Positions 8,910 to 18,362 of a stretch of 64,000 bases of DNA are shown one piece after another; the first letter of the stretch is position 1; the number at the start of each line of letters is the position of its first letter. Where the stretch lies: the NCBI GenBank assembly GCA_965205425.1, contig CBDBGZ010000009.1, positions 1,131,077-1,195,076 of the forward strand. Direction: 5' to 3'. Below the pieces are notes generated by a model, which was not told the origin of the DNA, made no database searches, and saw nothing but the letters and a program-made list of their open reading frames with translations. A program made the translations under genes and the position numbers. Source of the stretch: Nitrosopumilus sp. (lineage in GTDB: Archaea; Thermoproteota; Nitrososphaeria; Nitrososphaerales; Nitrosopumilaceae).

Positions 8910-10472
8910 ATGCAATTAAGTGAGCTCCAAAACGATTCATTAGTGGAAATAGCAACTTTTCTTGTTAGAAGATGGTCTGAGAAAGACAACATCACAATAG
9001 AAATTTCAGATAAGACAGAAACTAAAGCACGATTAAAAGAAAATAAAGTAATCTTAACCCCATTAGAAAAAAGAATTGGGGATGATTTCCAAAAATATCG
9101 TCAATTTAGAACATCGCTATGGTACGAAGCTATGAGAATAAAGTATTGTAAAAAAATTCTCAGCAATGATCATGCATTTGGATTTATTCTCAATACCATG
9201 GAAACTCAAAGGATTGAGCAGTTAGGTAGAGAGGTTTGGAAGGGTATGGATAATGAGATTCTTTTCAATTATACCTACATGCTTGTTTCAAGACCACAAT
9301 TACACACAGTTTACGGAAAAGCAAGGGTTGTAGAAGCATTTTATCAATATTTCATGTTTGGCGTAATCAAAGGAGAAATGCAATTAAGTGATTTTGAGAA
9401 AATAAAAAAAGCAACAATATTTGCAAAAAAAATTGTTAATCAAGCAATTGATGAAAAACAAGATACTGATTGGGTAGAGAAAAATGTTAGTGAAATTATC
9501 AAAATATTAGATATTGATTCTCTTCTAACCATTCCAATATCACTACCATTTATGAAAGCTGGAATGGCATTATCTGAAGAAGAATTACTAAAGGTCTTAA
9601 AAATAATTTCAAAAAATAAAGAAGGGGATGTAGGAACTGTTGATCCCTCATCAATTCTTCGAGGAGATGATGTGTATGATGAATACAAAGTGTTGTTAGA
9701 TGAAAATAAAAAAACTGAAAACAAAGGATTATCATCTGAAACTATTGGAATACAAATTCCATCTACAAGAAATGTAGATGAATCAACAATCTACGACATG
9801 CGATTGATTAATGGATTAAAAATCAAATTTAAAGAATGGAAATCAGGTTGGAAGGAACAACATCTTAGATCTGGAGATGAATTTGATGAGGAAAATTATA
9901 TCGAAGAGCATGAGCCATTTTTTACAGATGTAAAAAAATCAATAAAAACAAAAATTGTGATATTATTAGATCATTCATCTAGTATTGCATCTGATGCTAT
10001 TGAATACAAAAAAGCAACTTTGGCGCTTTGTGAAGTTTTGGCTTTTCTTAAAGTAAAATTTGCAGTTTATGCCTTTAGTACAGAAAACAGAGCAATGGTA
10101 TGTTGGTCAATTAAGCAAGATAATGTCAAATGGAACAACATAACTGCAAAAAGACTAGCACAAATTGTTGCAAATGGTTCAACACCGTTGGCAGAGGTCT
10201 ACGACAAAATGTTTCCAACACTTCAATCAAAAAGACCAGATATTTTTTTGACATTAACTGATGGCGAACCATCAGATCCAGATGCAGTTAGAAATATGAC
10301 AAAATCATTCAAAGGATTGGGAATAAACATGGTTGCTTTAGGATTAGGCCCAAATATTGTCAGAGCCACCACAATAGCTAACAATCTAAAACATTTAGGA
10401 TATGAAAAAACTATGGCAGTAAGTAGACTAAATGATATTCCAAATAAGGTAATGAGTATTTTAGAAGGTTAA
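8910..10472 (+). CDS. vWA-domain partner protein (CbbO/NorD-like)
   Basis: MIDAS DHSSS, GSTP and LTDGEP; abuts the MoxR gene. Confidence 0.85.
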   Translation: MQLSELQNDSLVEIATFLVRRWSEKDNITIEISDKTETKARLKENKVILTPLEKRIGDDFQKYRQFRTSLWYEAMRIKYCKKILSNDHAFGFILNTMETQRIEQLGREVWKGMDNEILFNYTYMLVSRPQLHTVYGKARVVEAFYQYFMFGVIKGEMQLSDFEKIKKATIFAKKIVNQAIDEKQDTDWVEKNVSEIIKILDIDSLLTIPISLPFMKAGMALSEEELLKVLKIISKNKEGDVGTVDPSSILRGDDVYDEYKVLLDENKKTENKGLSSETIGIQIPSTRNVDESTIYDMRLINGLKIKFKEWKSGWKEQHLRSGDEFDEENYIEEHEPFFTDVKKSIKTKIVILLDHSSSIASDAIEYKKATLALCEVLAFLKVKFAVYAFSTENRAMVCWSIKQDNVKWNNITAKRLAQIVANGSTPLAEVYDKMFPTLQSKRPDIFLTLTDGEPSDPDAVRNMTKSFKGLGINMVALGLGPNIVRATTIANNLKHLGYEKTMAVSRLNDIPNKVMSILEG

Positions 10473-10518
10473 TTTTTCAAAATTATATCAGGATGTTATA
10501 TATGAAGCAAAAAATCGA

Positions 10519-12078
10519 ATGGTTCTAGAGAAAAATATGTCTGAAAACGATTTTGATAAACCATTACTTGAAAAATTCGAGCAAGAAATTTGGAATAAAA
10601 TTCCACATTTAGAAGGAGAAAAAGTAGTTAATGCAACACCGTTAATTGATCTCACTAATGATCTTAAAGAATGTGCAAAAAGTGTGTACAAATTAGATAT
10701 TTCAAATTTAGATTTGAAAGTATATGGGAAATTTGATGCCAATTTGTTATCAGGTTCAATCAAAGTTAGACCTGCAATTCACATTATGCATGATGCCATT
10801 AAAACAGGTAAATTGAAAAGTGATCAAACAATCATTGAGGCAACATCAGGAAACTTTGGAATTGCCTTAGGACAAATGTCAAAGCTTGGATTAACTGTAG
10901 TATCACTTGTTTCAAGAAAATTACAAGAAGGAGTGTTTAAGGAATTAAAAAATGAAGATATTCGAATAATGGATCTTGATATGGATATTTGTCCAGCACC
11001 AGGTATGAAAGATAGTGATGCTGATGCATTAAAAGCAAAAGCAACTGCAGGTAATGTTCGTTCTCAATTAACAGAGTTAGGTTTTGATCCTACCATTTTT
11101 GATAATTCAATTTCTGAAATTGAAGCATTGTTAGCTGCACAAGACATTATCAATTTAGCAAAATTACTTGCAAAAATTTATGGATTTTTCTGTCCTGAAC
11201 AATATGATAATGAATTAAACATTAATGCTCATCAAACTATTACAGCAGTAGAAATTGAACAACAATTAAAAGAAAATTCAGATTCTTTAGAAGATTATAG
11301 AATTTGGTGTTCTTTTGGAACCGGTGGCACATCTGGAGGATTAAGCAGATATATGAATGAGAAATATGGTAAAAAAGCAATTCATGTTGTATTCCCAATT
11401 CCAGGTCAAGATGTAGCAGGTATTAGAACAAAGGCCAAAGCTGATGGTTTAAAATTATACAACTCAGATGCATATGAAGCTGAACACGAAGTAGATTTTG
11501 GACAAGCAAAACATTTGCTAAAATTCTTTGTAGATAAAGGTCACAATATCGGTGAAAGTACTGCACTTGCGCTATACTCTATCCTAGAAAAGCTTAGTGA
11601 CGGAGATAAAGGTAAATTCATAGTTGTAGTTGCAGATGGTATTGAAAAATATAGGAAGAATCTAGAAGCAATGTCAAGCAATAAGCGTATGCAAGTCTCA
11701 TTAGATGAAGCATCATCAAGTGTCCAAGAATATGATAAAATAGTATGGGTTCATACATCATACACTCCAAAAGAAGAAGGAATTGAAATGATTGCTAAAT
11801 CATTAGGAGTTGATAAAGAAAAAATTGCAATACCTAAGGCCAGTACCATTAATCAATTATTATCTACACAACAAATTCCTGAAGAATTGAGTAAAGAACT
11901 AGATGGATCCAAAGGTAAATCATTGTTAATTTGTATGGCTGGAAATACATCATTAATGACGGCTCAAGTACTTGCAAGCAAAGGCATAGTAACTGAGAGT
12001 TTAAATGGAGGTATAACAAATTTGCCAGAAGGACAAGGTAAAAACCCAGGCCAATATATCAAAGCAGCTACTGAATAA
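10519..12078 (+). CDS. cysteine synthase-like PLP enzyme with C-terminal rhodanese-like domain
   Basis: SGSIKVR (PLP Lys), EATSGNFG, GTGGT; C-terminal ICMAGNTS...SLNGG. Confidence 0.8.
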   Translation: MVLEKNMSENDFDKPLLEKFEQEIWNKIPHLEGEKVVNATPLIDLTNDLKECAKSVYKLDISNLDLKVYGKFDANLLSGSIKVRPAIHIMHDAIKTGKLKSDQTIIEATSGNFGIALGQMSKLGLTVVSLVSRKLQEGVFKELKNEDIRIMDLDMDICPAPGMKDSDADALKAKATAGNVRSQLTELGFDPTIFDNSISEIEALLAAQDIINLAKLLAKIYGFFCPEQYDNELNINAHQTITAVEIEQQLKENSDSLEDYRIWCSFGTGGTSGGLSRYMNEKYGKKAIHVVFPIPGQDVAGIRTKAKADGLKLYNSDAYEAEHEVDFGQAKHLLKFFVDKGHNIGESTALALYSILEKLSDGDKGKFIVVVADGIEKYRKNLEAMSSNKRMQVSLDEASSSVQEYDKIVWVHTSYTPKEEGIEMIAKSLGVDKEKIAIPKASTINQLLSTQQIPEELSKELDGSKGKSLLICMAGNTSLMTAQVLASKGIVTESLNGGITNLPEGQGKNPGQYIKAATE

Positions 12079-12083
12079 CAGCG

Positions 12084-12539
12084 TTGAAATGTCTTTCAGT
12101 TTCACAACCATTTGCGGATTTAATTATTTTAGGAAAAAAGACCATTGAATTAAGGAATTGGAATACAAATTTTCGTGGAGAATTCTTGATTCATTCTCCA
12201 CTAAAAATTAGAGTGGAAGATTCTAAAAGACTAAAAATTAAAAAGGAATTTGTTACAGGTGTAATTATTGGTAAAGTACAATTGTATGACGTTAAACAAT
12301 ATCATTCAATTAAAGAAATAAAATCAGATCAAAAATTTCATTATGCATCAAAAAAATTTCAAAACAAAACTTTTGGATTTATGTTAAAAAATGTAAAACC
12401 ATTTAGAATTCCAATCCCATGGAAAGGTCAACTAGGATTCTTTGATGTAGATATTCCAAAAACTAAAATCAAAAACAAAGAGATTGTGTCAGATATCATT
12501 GATGAAGAATTTAGATATCAATGGATTGGACATCATTAG
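12084..12539 (+). CDS. ASCH domain protein
   Basis: LSVSQPFA..I..GKKTIELR...RGEFLIH and KGQLGFF. Confidence 0.85.
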   Translation: MKCLSVSQPFADLIILGKKTIELRNWNTNFRGEFLIHSPLKIRVEDSKRLKIKKEFVTGVIIGKVQLYDVKQYHSIKEIKSDQKFHYASKKFQNKTFGFMLKNVKPFRIPIPWKGQLGFFDVDIPKTKIKNKEIVSDIIDEEFRYQWIGHH

Positions 12540-12605
12540 AAAAATCTAAAAATTGAAAAAAATTCTTACTAGTATATATAAAGGGCCTATTTAAAGTCCC
12601 TCGTT

Positions 12606-13169
12606 ATGCCTCAAACTAAGCCAATTGTTAGTGTTGAAAATGTTGTTGCATCTGCATCAGTAGACCAAAAAATTGATCTAATTGAAATTACTGAAAAATT
12701 TCCAGATACTGAATATCATCCAGAACAATTTCCAGGACTTGTATTTAGATTAACAAATCCAAGAACTGCAACATTGATTTTTAGAACTGGTAAAATGGTG
12801 TGTACAGGGGCTAAATCAGAAGAGATGGCAATCAAAGCAGTCAATACAGTTGTTCAAAAATTAAGAAAGGGTAAAATCAAGATCAAGAAAGATGCAGTTA
12901 TTACAGTTCAGAATATTGTAGCAGCAATTAACCTTGGTGGAAAAATCCATTTAGAAAAAGCAGCAAGAACATTACCAAGAAGTATGTATGAACCAGAGCA
13001 ATTCCCAGGGCTAATTCATAGAATGTTAGATCCTAAAACAGTTATTCTATTATTTGCATCAGGTAAATTGGTGTGTACAGGGGCTAAAAAAGAATCAGAT
13101 GTTTATCGTTCAGTTCACAATTTGCATGCATTATTAGAAGAAAAAACTCTAATGATATATGATCAATAA
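12606..13169 (+). CDS. tbp: TATA-box binding protein
   Basis: Two repeats of Y.PEQFPGL...GK.VCTGAK. Confidence 0.97.
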   Translation: MPQTKPIVSVENVVASASVDQKIDLIEITEKFPDTEYHPEQFPGLVFRLTNPRTATLIFRTGKMVCTGAKSEEMAIKAVNTVVQKLRKGKIKIKKDAVITVQNIVAAINLGGKIHLEKAARTLPRSMYEPEQFPGLIHRMLDPKTVILLFASGKLVCTGAKKESDVYRSVHNLHALLEEKTLMIYDQ

Positions 13170-13189
13170 TTTTTAGAAGATTTTAAAAA

Positions 13190-13411
13190 TTGACTAAAGA
13201 TATTTTTGAAGATGAAAAAATTAAGCTAACTCCTAAAACAGGTTTTGATTTGATTGGCATAGATTATTTTGCAGAGCCTGGAAACCAATTATATTTAATA
13301 GAACATTTTGAAATGTATCAAGATGCTTTGAATGCAAAAAAAGATAGAAAAAATCAAGACGAATATTTTGTGCTCTATAAAGGAACTGGAAATGAATTTT
13401 TCTGCAGATAG
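13190..13411 (+). CDS. hypothetical protein
   Basis: 73-aa ORF, TTG start, co-oriented with tbp. Confidence 0.6.
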   Translation: MTKDIFEDEKIKLTPKTGFDLIGIDYFAEPGNQLYLIEHFEMYQDALNAKKDRKNQDEYFVLYKGTGNEFFCR

Positions 13412-13482
13412 ATTAGAAAAATCATAAAACTTTACTAAATTTTACAATCTCTCTTATCATTCAGTTAAAAATTAAAAAAACC

Positions 13483-13733
13483 ATGCCTAGCGAAACAAGT
13501 GATTTGATTGATACATTATATGAAAAAGAAAATCCAGTTCAATCTAAACAAATTTCTAAACAAATTATTCGTAAAAGTCCAAAAGCAAAATATCAGATTT
13601 TTGATGAAATAGAGTTTACACGTGGAAGAGAAGTTCTTGGAGATCTAATTGTTCATGGAATGATAGCTTCGGGTGGAACTGACATAGATTGGCTGATTGA
13701 ACACAAAGGGAGTTTCATCGTTCTAGAATTCAA
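13483..13733 (+). pseudogene. possible PD-(D/E)xK nuclease-like gene truncated by an IS end
   Basis: TDIDWLIEHKGSFIVLEF stops making sense exactly at the CAGTACTTGGGAAAG IS terminus. Confidence 0.5.
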
Positions 13734-13816
13734 CAGTACTTGGGAAAGTAACTACCTGACATCTTCCAAATAGTATTGAGATTTTATTCTCCTAAAGAAA
13801 TCAACAATAATAACTA
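13734..13816 (-). mobile_element. ISH3-like element, 3' terminal remnant
   Basis: 18-bp end CAGTACTTGGGAAAGTAA recurs inverted at 62895-62912; minus frame ...IIVDFFRRIKSQYYLEDVR* stops right at this end. Confidence 0.5.
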
Positions 13817-13825
13817 TAACCATAT

Positions 13826-14917
13826 GTGCCAAAATCAGCTAGGAAATTAGATGGTACTTGCATTCGTATCAAGAAAGTAAGAAATGCAAACAAACACACT
13901 ACCCTTCCTGAAAAAAAATATTTGATGTTTGTAGGATTGGATGTTCACAAGAACTCTGTACAGGTGGCAGCAGTAGATGAGATTGGCAAATTGTTATTTA
14001 ACAAAAAGATTTCCAGTGATTTTTCTGCTATTAGCAAAATTACATCCAAAATTCCAAAGAACGCAAAATATGTTTTAGAGTCATCATCTGTCTGGTATGG
14101 CCTTTATAGACACATGACAGACAAATTACATCTTGATGTTATACTATCTAATCCATACAACACAAAGATAATAGCATCATCACTCAAAAAGACTGATAAA
14201 ATTGATGCGTACCATCTTGCAAATTTGCTACGAGGAGGATACATTGCAGAATCATTCGTGCCAGATCACACAATTGTGCAATACAGACAGCTTGTAAGAC
14301 ATCGACACAAGATTGTGCGCATCATTGTAAAGATGAAGAATTCCATACATGGTATTACACTACAGGAGGGAATCCATATCAAAGCAACACCATTTTCCTC
14401 AGAACACATACGTGCACTTGGAAAATTGGAGAGTTATAGAATAGATTCGTACCTACAAAGCATAAAATTTCACAAAAAGGAGGTTGCAAAAATAGATTCC
14501 ATGATACGTCGCATGGTAAATGATAATCCTGATGTGTGTATTTTGACATCAATACCTGGAGTTGGACCATACACTGCATTGAGCATATTCTCAGAAATTG
14601 CAGAGATTAGTAGATTTTCAAATTCTCACAAGTTATGTGCATATGCAGGGATTGTTCCATCGGTGAGAAATTCTGCAGATACAATACATCACGGAAGAAT
14701 TACAAAGAGAGGAAGCACCATGCTAAGATGGTTGCTAGTGGAGGCAATTCATGCACATGTTAGATACGCACCAGATAGCGACATTACAAAATTTTACAAT
14801 CGCATTAAGAAAAAGAGAGGAACCTCAAAGGCAGCAGTTGCTGCTGCATCAAAGTTATTGCGTGTCATATATTGGATGCTAAAAGAGAGGAGAGAATTTG
14901 TGCAAAATTACAGTTAG
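13826..14917 (+). CDS. IS110 DEDD recombinase/transposase
   Basis: VGLDVHK, VLESS, KTDKIDA (DEDD), SIPGVG, YAGIVPSVRNSA, GRITKRG; ORF intact. Confidence 0.95.
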   Translation: MPKSARKLDGTCIRIKKVRNANKHTTLPEKKYLMFVGLDVHKNSVQVAAVDEIGKLLFNKKISSDFSAISKITSKIPKNAKYVLESSSVWYGLYRHMTDKLHLDVILSNPYNTKIIASSLKKTDKIDAYHLANLLRGGYIAESFVPDHTIVQYRQLVRHRHKIVRIIVKMKNSIHGITLQEGIHIKATPFSSEHIRALGKLESYRIDSYLQSIKFHKKEVAKIDSMIRRMVNDNPDVCILTSIPGVGPYTALSIFSEIAEISRFSNSHKLCAYAGIVPSVRNSADTIHHGRITKRGSTMLRWLLVEAIHAHVRYAPDSDITKFYNRIKKKRGTSKAAVAAASKLLRVIYWMLKERREFVQNYS

Positions 14918-15075
14918 GACTGCAAGTCGCGTTAGAGTTTTTGAGGGACAAGGCCTCGTCTGATAACTGCGAACAATCCTAACTAGGATGAAGATAGCAT
15001 TGAGAGAATAGTCTCGTATGGATACATGTCCGCATCTTTTGATTGAAACCATTCTCTAGCGAAAGCCATGCCCTG
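14912..15075 (+). ncRNA. candidate bridge/seekRNA in IS110 3' non-coding region
   Basis: Two stem-internal-loop-stem hairpins (AGTTAGGA/TCCTAACT; AGAGAAT/ATTCTCT). The second contains ATGGATA, identical to the element's right end. Confidence 0.5.
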
Positions 15076-15120
15076 ATGTATGGAAAGAGAAGAAATGTAT
15101 AAAAACAATTCACATGGATA

Positions 15121-16082
15121 ACTCTTGTTCCCTTCTCTGGCATCTTTCTTGCATATGCCTTTGCAGGGGTCTCAAGATTATCCCAGTCAAGTGACATGTG
15201 TGGCTTTATGTGATTGTACCAGTGGACCAGCTCATCAATGGTGCCAAACCATTTCTGCTTTCTCTGAATCTCGCCGTGAAATCTTTCGAGCTTGCCATTG
15301 GTTTGAGGATGGTTCACTCTTGCCATGATATGCTTTATCTCTAATTTTACCAGTTCTTGCTCAAACTGGGATGCTCCTTTTCTCTTGTATTCTGATTGGT
15401 TTGCATAAAACTGGGAGCCATGATCAGTTAGAATTGATGCAGGCCTACCGTGCTTTGCAATTGCCTCATGTAATACTACAAGTGCGTTATCTGTTGTTGC
15501 CTCTGCAAACACTCCATGAGAAACGATAAACCTTGATGCGTCATCCTGGTAGCATAAGAACCATCTGCCATCATCTAGCTTCTTCCAGTCAGTATGCCAC
15601 ATGGAGTTTGAATATGTCCTTTCATATCGAACCCACTTTCGTCTTCTCCTCTTCTTTGGCTGAGCTTCTGCCAACCCTTCATCTCTCATAATTTTGTGTA
15701 TGGTATTGTGAGGTATGTGTGTTCCAGTAGTATCAATTATTTTCTCCAAGAATACTGCAGAACACCTGAACTTTTCAAATGTAGACTGGACAGTCTGCAC
15801 CATCTGCTCTGTGATTATTCCCTTTGGCCTTCCAGACTTGCCTAGGATTGGAACTGCACCAGTACGGCGATACCGTGAGTAGAGTTTCTGCACCCACCGA
15901 ACAGATATCTTCATGGATGAGGCAACGTCTGCGTTCTTGGCACCGTCCTCTTTTGACTTGATTATCCAGGATATCTGGATTGGATCTAACTTTTGCATAA
16001 TCTTGTGATTCTTTCCTCTTTTCCAAACGTATCTTGACTTTAGTCTGGAAATAATGGGGTGAACTAATTTGAGGATAATAGA
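15121..16082 (-). mobile_element. IS481-family element (transposase start about 15998), 3' end replaced by IS110
   Basis: N-terminal HTH; WHTDW, DDASR, ILTDHGSQF, HPQTNGKLERF, YNHIKPH (rve DDE); terminus-like GTGAACTAATTTGAGGATAATA near 16060-16080. Confidence 0.85.
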
Positions 16083-16355
16083 CTCTACAATTTCCTTGAC
16101 ATTTTCTTTTGCATCTTTAATTTTGAAAGTGTAATCAAACAGTTGCCTTCCTTCAGGCCAGGATATTTTGATGTGTTTTTTGTCAGTTACCTCAACTGAT
16201 GCAATCTGAGAATGCAACCTCTCAAAGAATATTCCTTTTGATTTCTGCTCCAATACAATTGCATTTGTGGTAACATACATGATTCCTTTACCATGTGGAG
16301 AATCGATTTCAAGCTCTTTTTCGATTTTTTCATCATTTCTTAATACTAGTGTCAT
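16083..16355 (-). pseudogene. 5' part of a host gene (PH/GRAM-like beta domain?) interrupted in frame by IS481
   Basis: The first about 92 aa of ORF 14979..16355 are unrelated to transposase (GIMYVTTNAIVLE). Confidence 0.55.
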
Positions 16356-16491
16356 ACTCTAAATGCCTCCATTTTTGATAAAAGCCATATTTTCATCTGT
16401 ATTATTATATGGATAAGTATTATATTAATATTGAGTACAGTTTTTTATAAAAATTATAAAGTTTATAAAATATACCATACTCAATGATATT

Positions 16492-17373
16492 ATGGTTACT
16501 GTTGTTCCTGAGAAAAAGGGAAATCTAACATATTATTTTCTACGACACAGCTCAGGCACTGATCAACTAAAGCGATATCTGGGAAAAACGATTCCCAAAA
16601 ATATTGAACAACTAAAAGCAGATTTTCTTTTGGAATTTTATCAGAAACAATGGAATCCTAATTTTGAATCTATTTACAAAAACTATCAAAATGAAACAAA
16701 ATCAATTCCATCTACCATAAAACTACAAAATTTTGAGAGTTTTGGAATTACATTTACTTACAATACGCAAAGGATTGAAGGATCAACACTAACTCAAGAA
16801 GATACCAAAGATTTGTTAATTCATGGTATCACTCCAAACAAAAAATCAAAAATTGACACTATTGAGACTCAGAGACATTATGATTTGTTTGTAAAACTAG
16901 TATCTTCAAAAAAACCAGATAAAATAATATTTGATACAATTCTTTCATGGCATGGAAATATTTTTGAGCAAACACAAATTGGAGAAGCAGGTTCAGTCAG
17001 AACATATGTAGTGGGAATTAAAGGCAATCCAAAAATTCAGTTTGCAACAGTTCCAGAAATCAAACCTAGATTATCTAAGTTATTTACATGGCTTAACAGT
17101 TCTAAAAAAGATATGTCTCCAGTAGAGATTGCATGCAAAGCTCACTATGATTTTGTAGGAATTCACCCTTTTGGAGATGGTAATGGAAGAATATCTAGAC
17201 TGTTAATGAATTACATTCTCTTCAAATATGATTATCCACTGATGACAATTTTTAACAAAAACAGAAAACCCTATTTCAAATCATTAGAAAGATCACAGCT
17301 AGAAGATAATTCTATACATTTCCAAAAATGGTTTATGAAAAATTATTTCAAAGAAAATAAAAAATATTTGTAA
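16492..17373 (+). CDS. Fic-domain AMPylase (class II-like)
   Basis: Canonical HPFGDGNGRISR; upstream inhibitory-type motif TQRIEGS. Confidence 0.92.
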   Translation: MVTVVPEKKGNLTYYFLRHSSGTDQLKRYLGKTIPKNIEQLKADFLLEFYQKQWNPNFESIYKNYQNETKSIPSTIKLQNFESFGITFTYNTQRIEGSTLTQEDTKDLLIHGITPNKKSKIDTIETQRHYDLFVKLVSSKKPDKIIFDTILSWHGNIFEQTQIGEAGSVRTYVVGIKGNPKIQFATVPEIKPRLSKLFTWLNSSKKDMSPVEIACKAHYDFVGIHPFGDGNGRISRLLMNYILFKYDYPLMTIFNKNRKPYFKSLERSQLEDNSIHFQKWFMKNYFKENKKYL

Positions 17374-17441
17374 CTTGGGTTTGTAATTTATTAATTAGTC
17401 ACTTTTACTGCCTAATTTTAGCAGATTTCAGGATGATTATA

Positions 17442-18274
17442 TTAGAGTGTAATTTGGCCTACTCTTTTCTTTTGAACTTCATGCATTAAACATATCTCTG
17501 CAAACGCTGTTTCGTCAAAATAGATTTTCTTTAATGAATTTCTTTTTTTAATTTCAGGATATTCACTATATTTCCTTCTGTTGATTGTTCTTCCTCCTGC
17601 TTTAGGTCTAAATCCTCCCCACTGCTTGAAAAATACTGCCACTTCTTGTTCTTTACACTGTTCTATTATTTCCTCAATCCATTTTTTTCAACTTGATGAT
17701 AATGATGTCCACTTTCGCCTCCGATAATTGCCCAATTAATTCCACGTAGGTTTACTTTTCCTACAGAATCAAGCAATGGCTCAAAACTGATAAATCTTGT
17801 ATGGCATTTTACTTTCCGTAAATCGTTAATTCTTGAAACATAATTTTTATTTTCAACACTGACTCCCATCCACATAAAATTTGGAATTTTATGACCAAAA
17901 TATTTGAAAAATAATTCTGAAAATTCAGCCATTCTTTTTGGACGTTTAGTGAGAATTTGGTAATCGTGTTGATCTGCTTGAATCATAGTTGAGAAACATT
18001 TTCCTGTAAATTCAAATGTTGATTTCTCATGGAATAAATCCGACATGCTGTTTACAAAAATCTTTTTTGGTTTTTTCCATGTCAATGGTAATTCAACATC
18101 TGATGGATGTTCAATATACTGAAATCCTTTTTTGTATTTTTGTTGTCCCATAGATTTCAATCTTTTTGTTAAAGTTTCAGCATAACAATTTTTACAACCT
18201 GGCGATATTTTTGTACATCCACTTGTGGGGTTCCATGTAGCTTCTGTCCATTCAATTTCAGAACCTATTGCCAT
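17442..18274 (-). pseudogene. DUF5131 (phage Gp37/Gp68) radical-SAM-like protein, frameshifted
   Basis: TWNPTSGCTKISPGCKNCYA, IFVNSMSDLFH, SFEPLL, GGESG; FFKQWGG in another frame, with the shift in an A7 run near 17682-17688. Confidence 0.85.
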
Positions 18275-18362
18275 TATTCGTACCTGTCTAGAGTTTTGAA
18301 GTACTTTCTTTAATATTTTTTATCTATATCTTTTCTGATCAGTGTTAAATCACAATAGATAG

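Larger units (their letters stand above)
13817..15120 (+). mobile_element. IS110-family element, IS1111-type layout (short left end, about 200-bp 3' non-coding region)
   Basis: Left end TAACCATATGTG is shared with the second IS110 at 63059; right end CACATGGATA is an imperfect inverted repeat of it; boundaries approximate. Confidence 0.75.

Noticed and set aside
12776..13086. Repeated GGTGTGTACAGGGGCTAAA within tbp
   Set aside because: Reflects the known internal two-fold repeat of TBP
14979..16355. 458-aa ORF as a novel multidomain transposase
   Set aside because: Explained as an accidental in-frame join of host gene, IS481 and the antisense IS110 end
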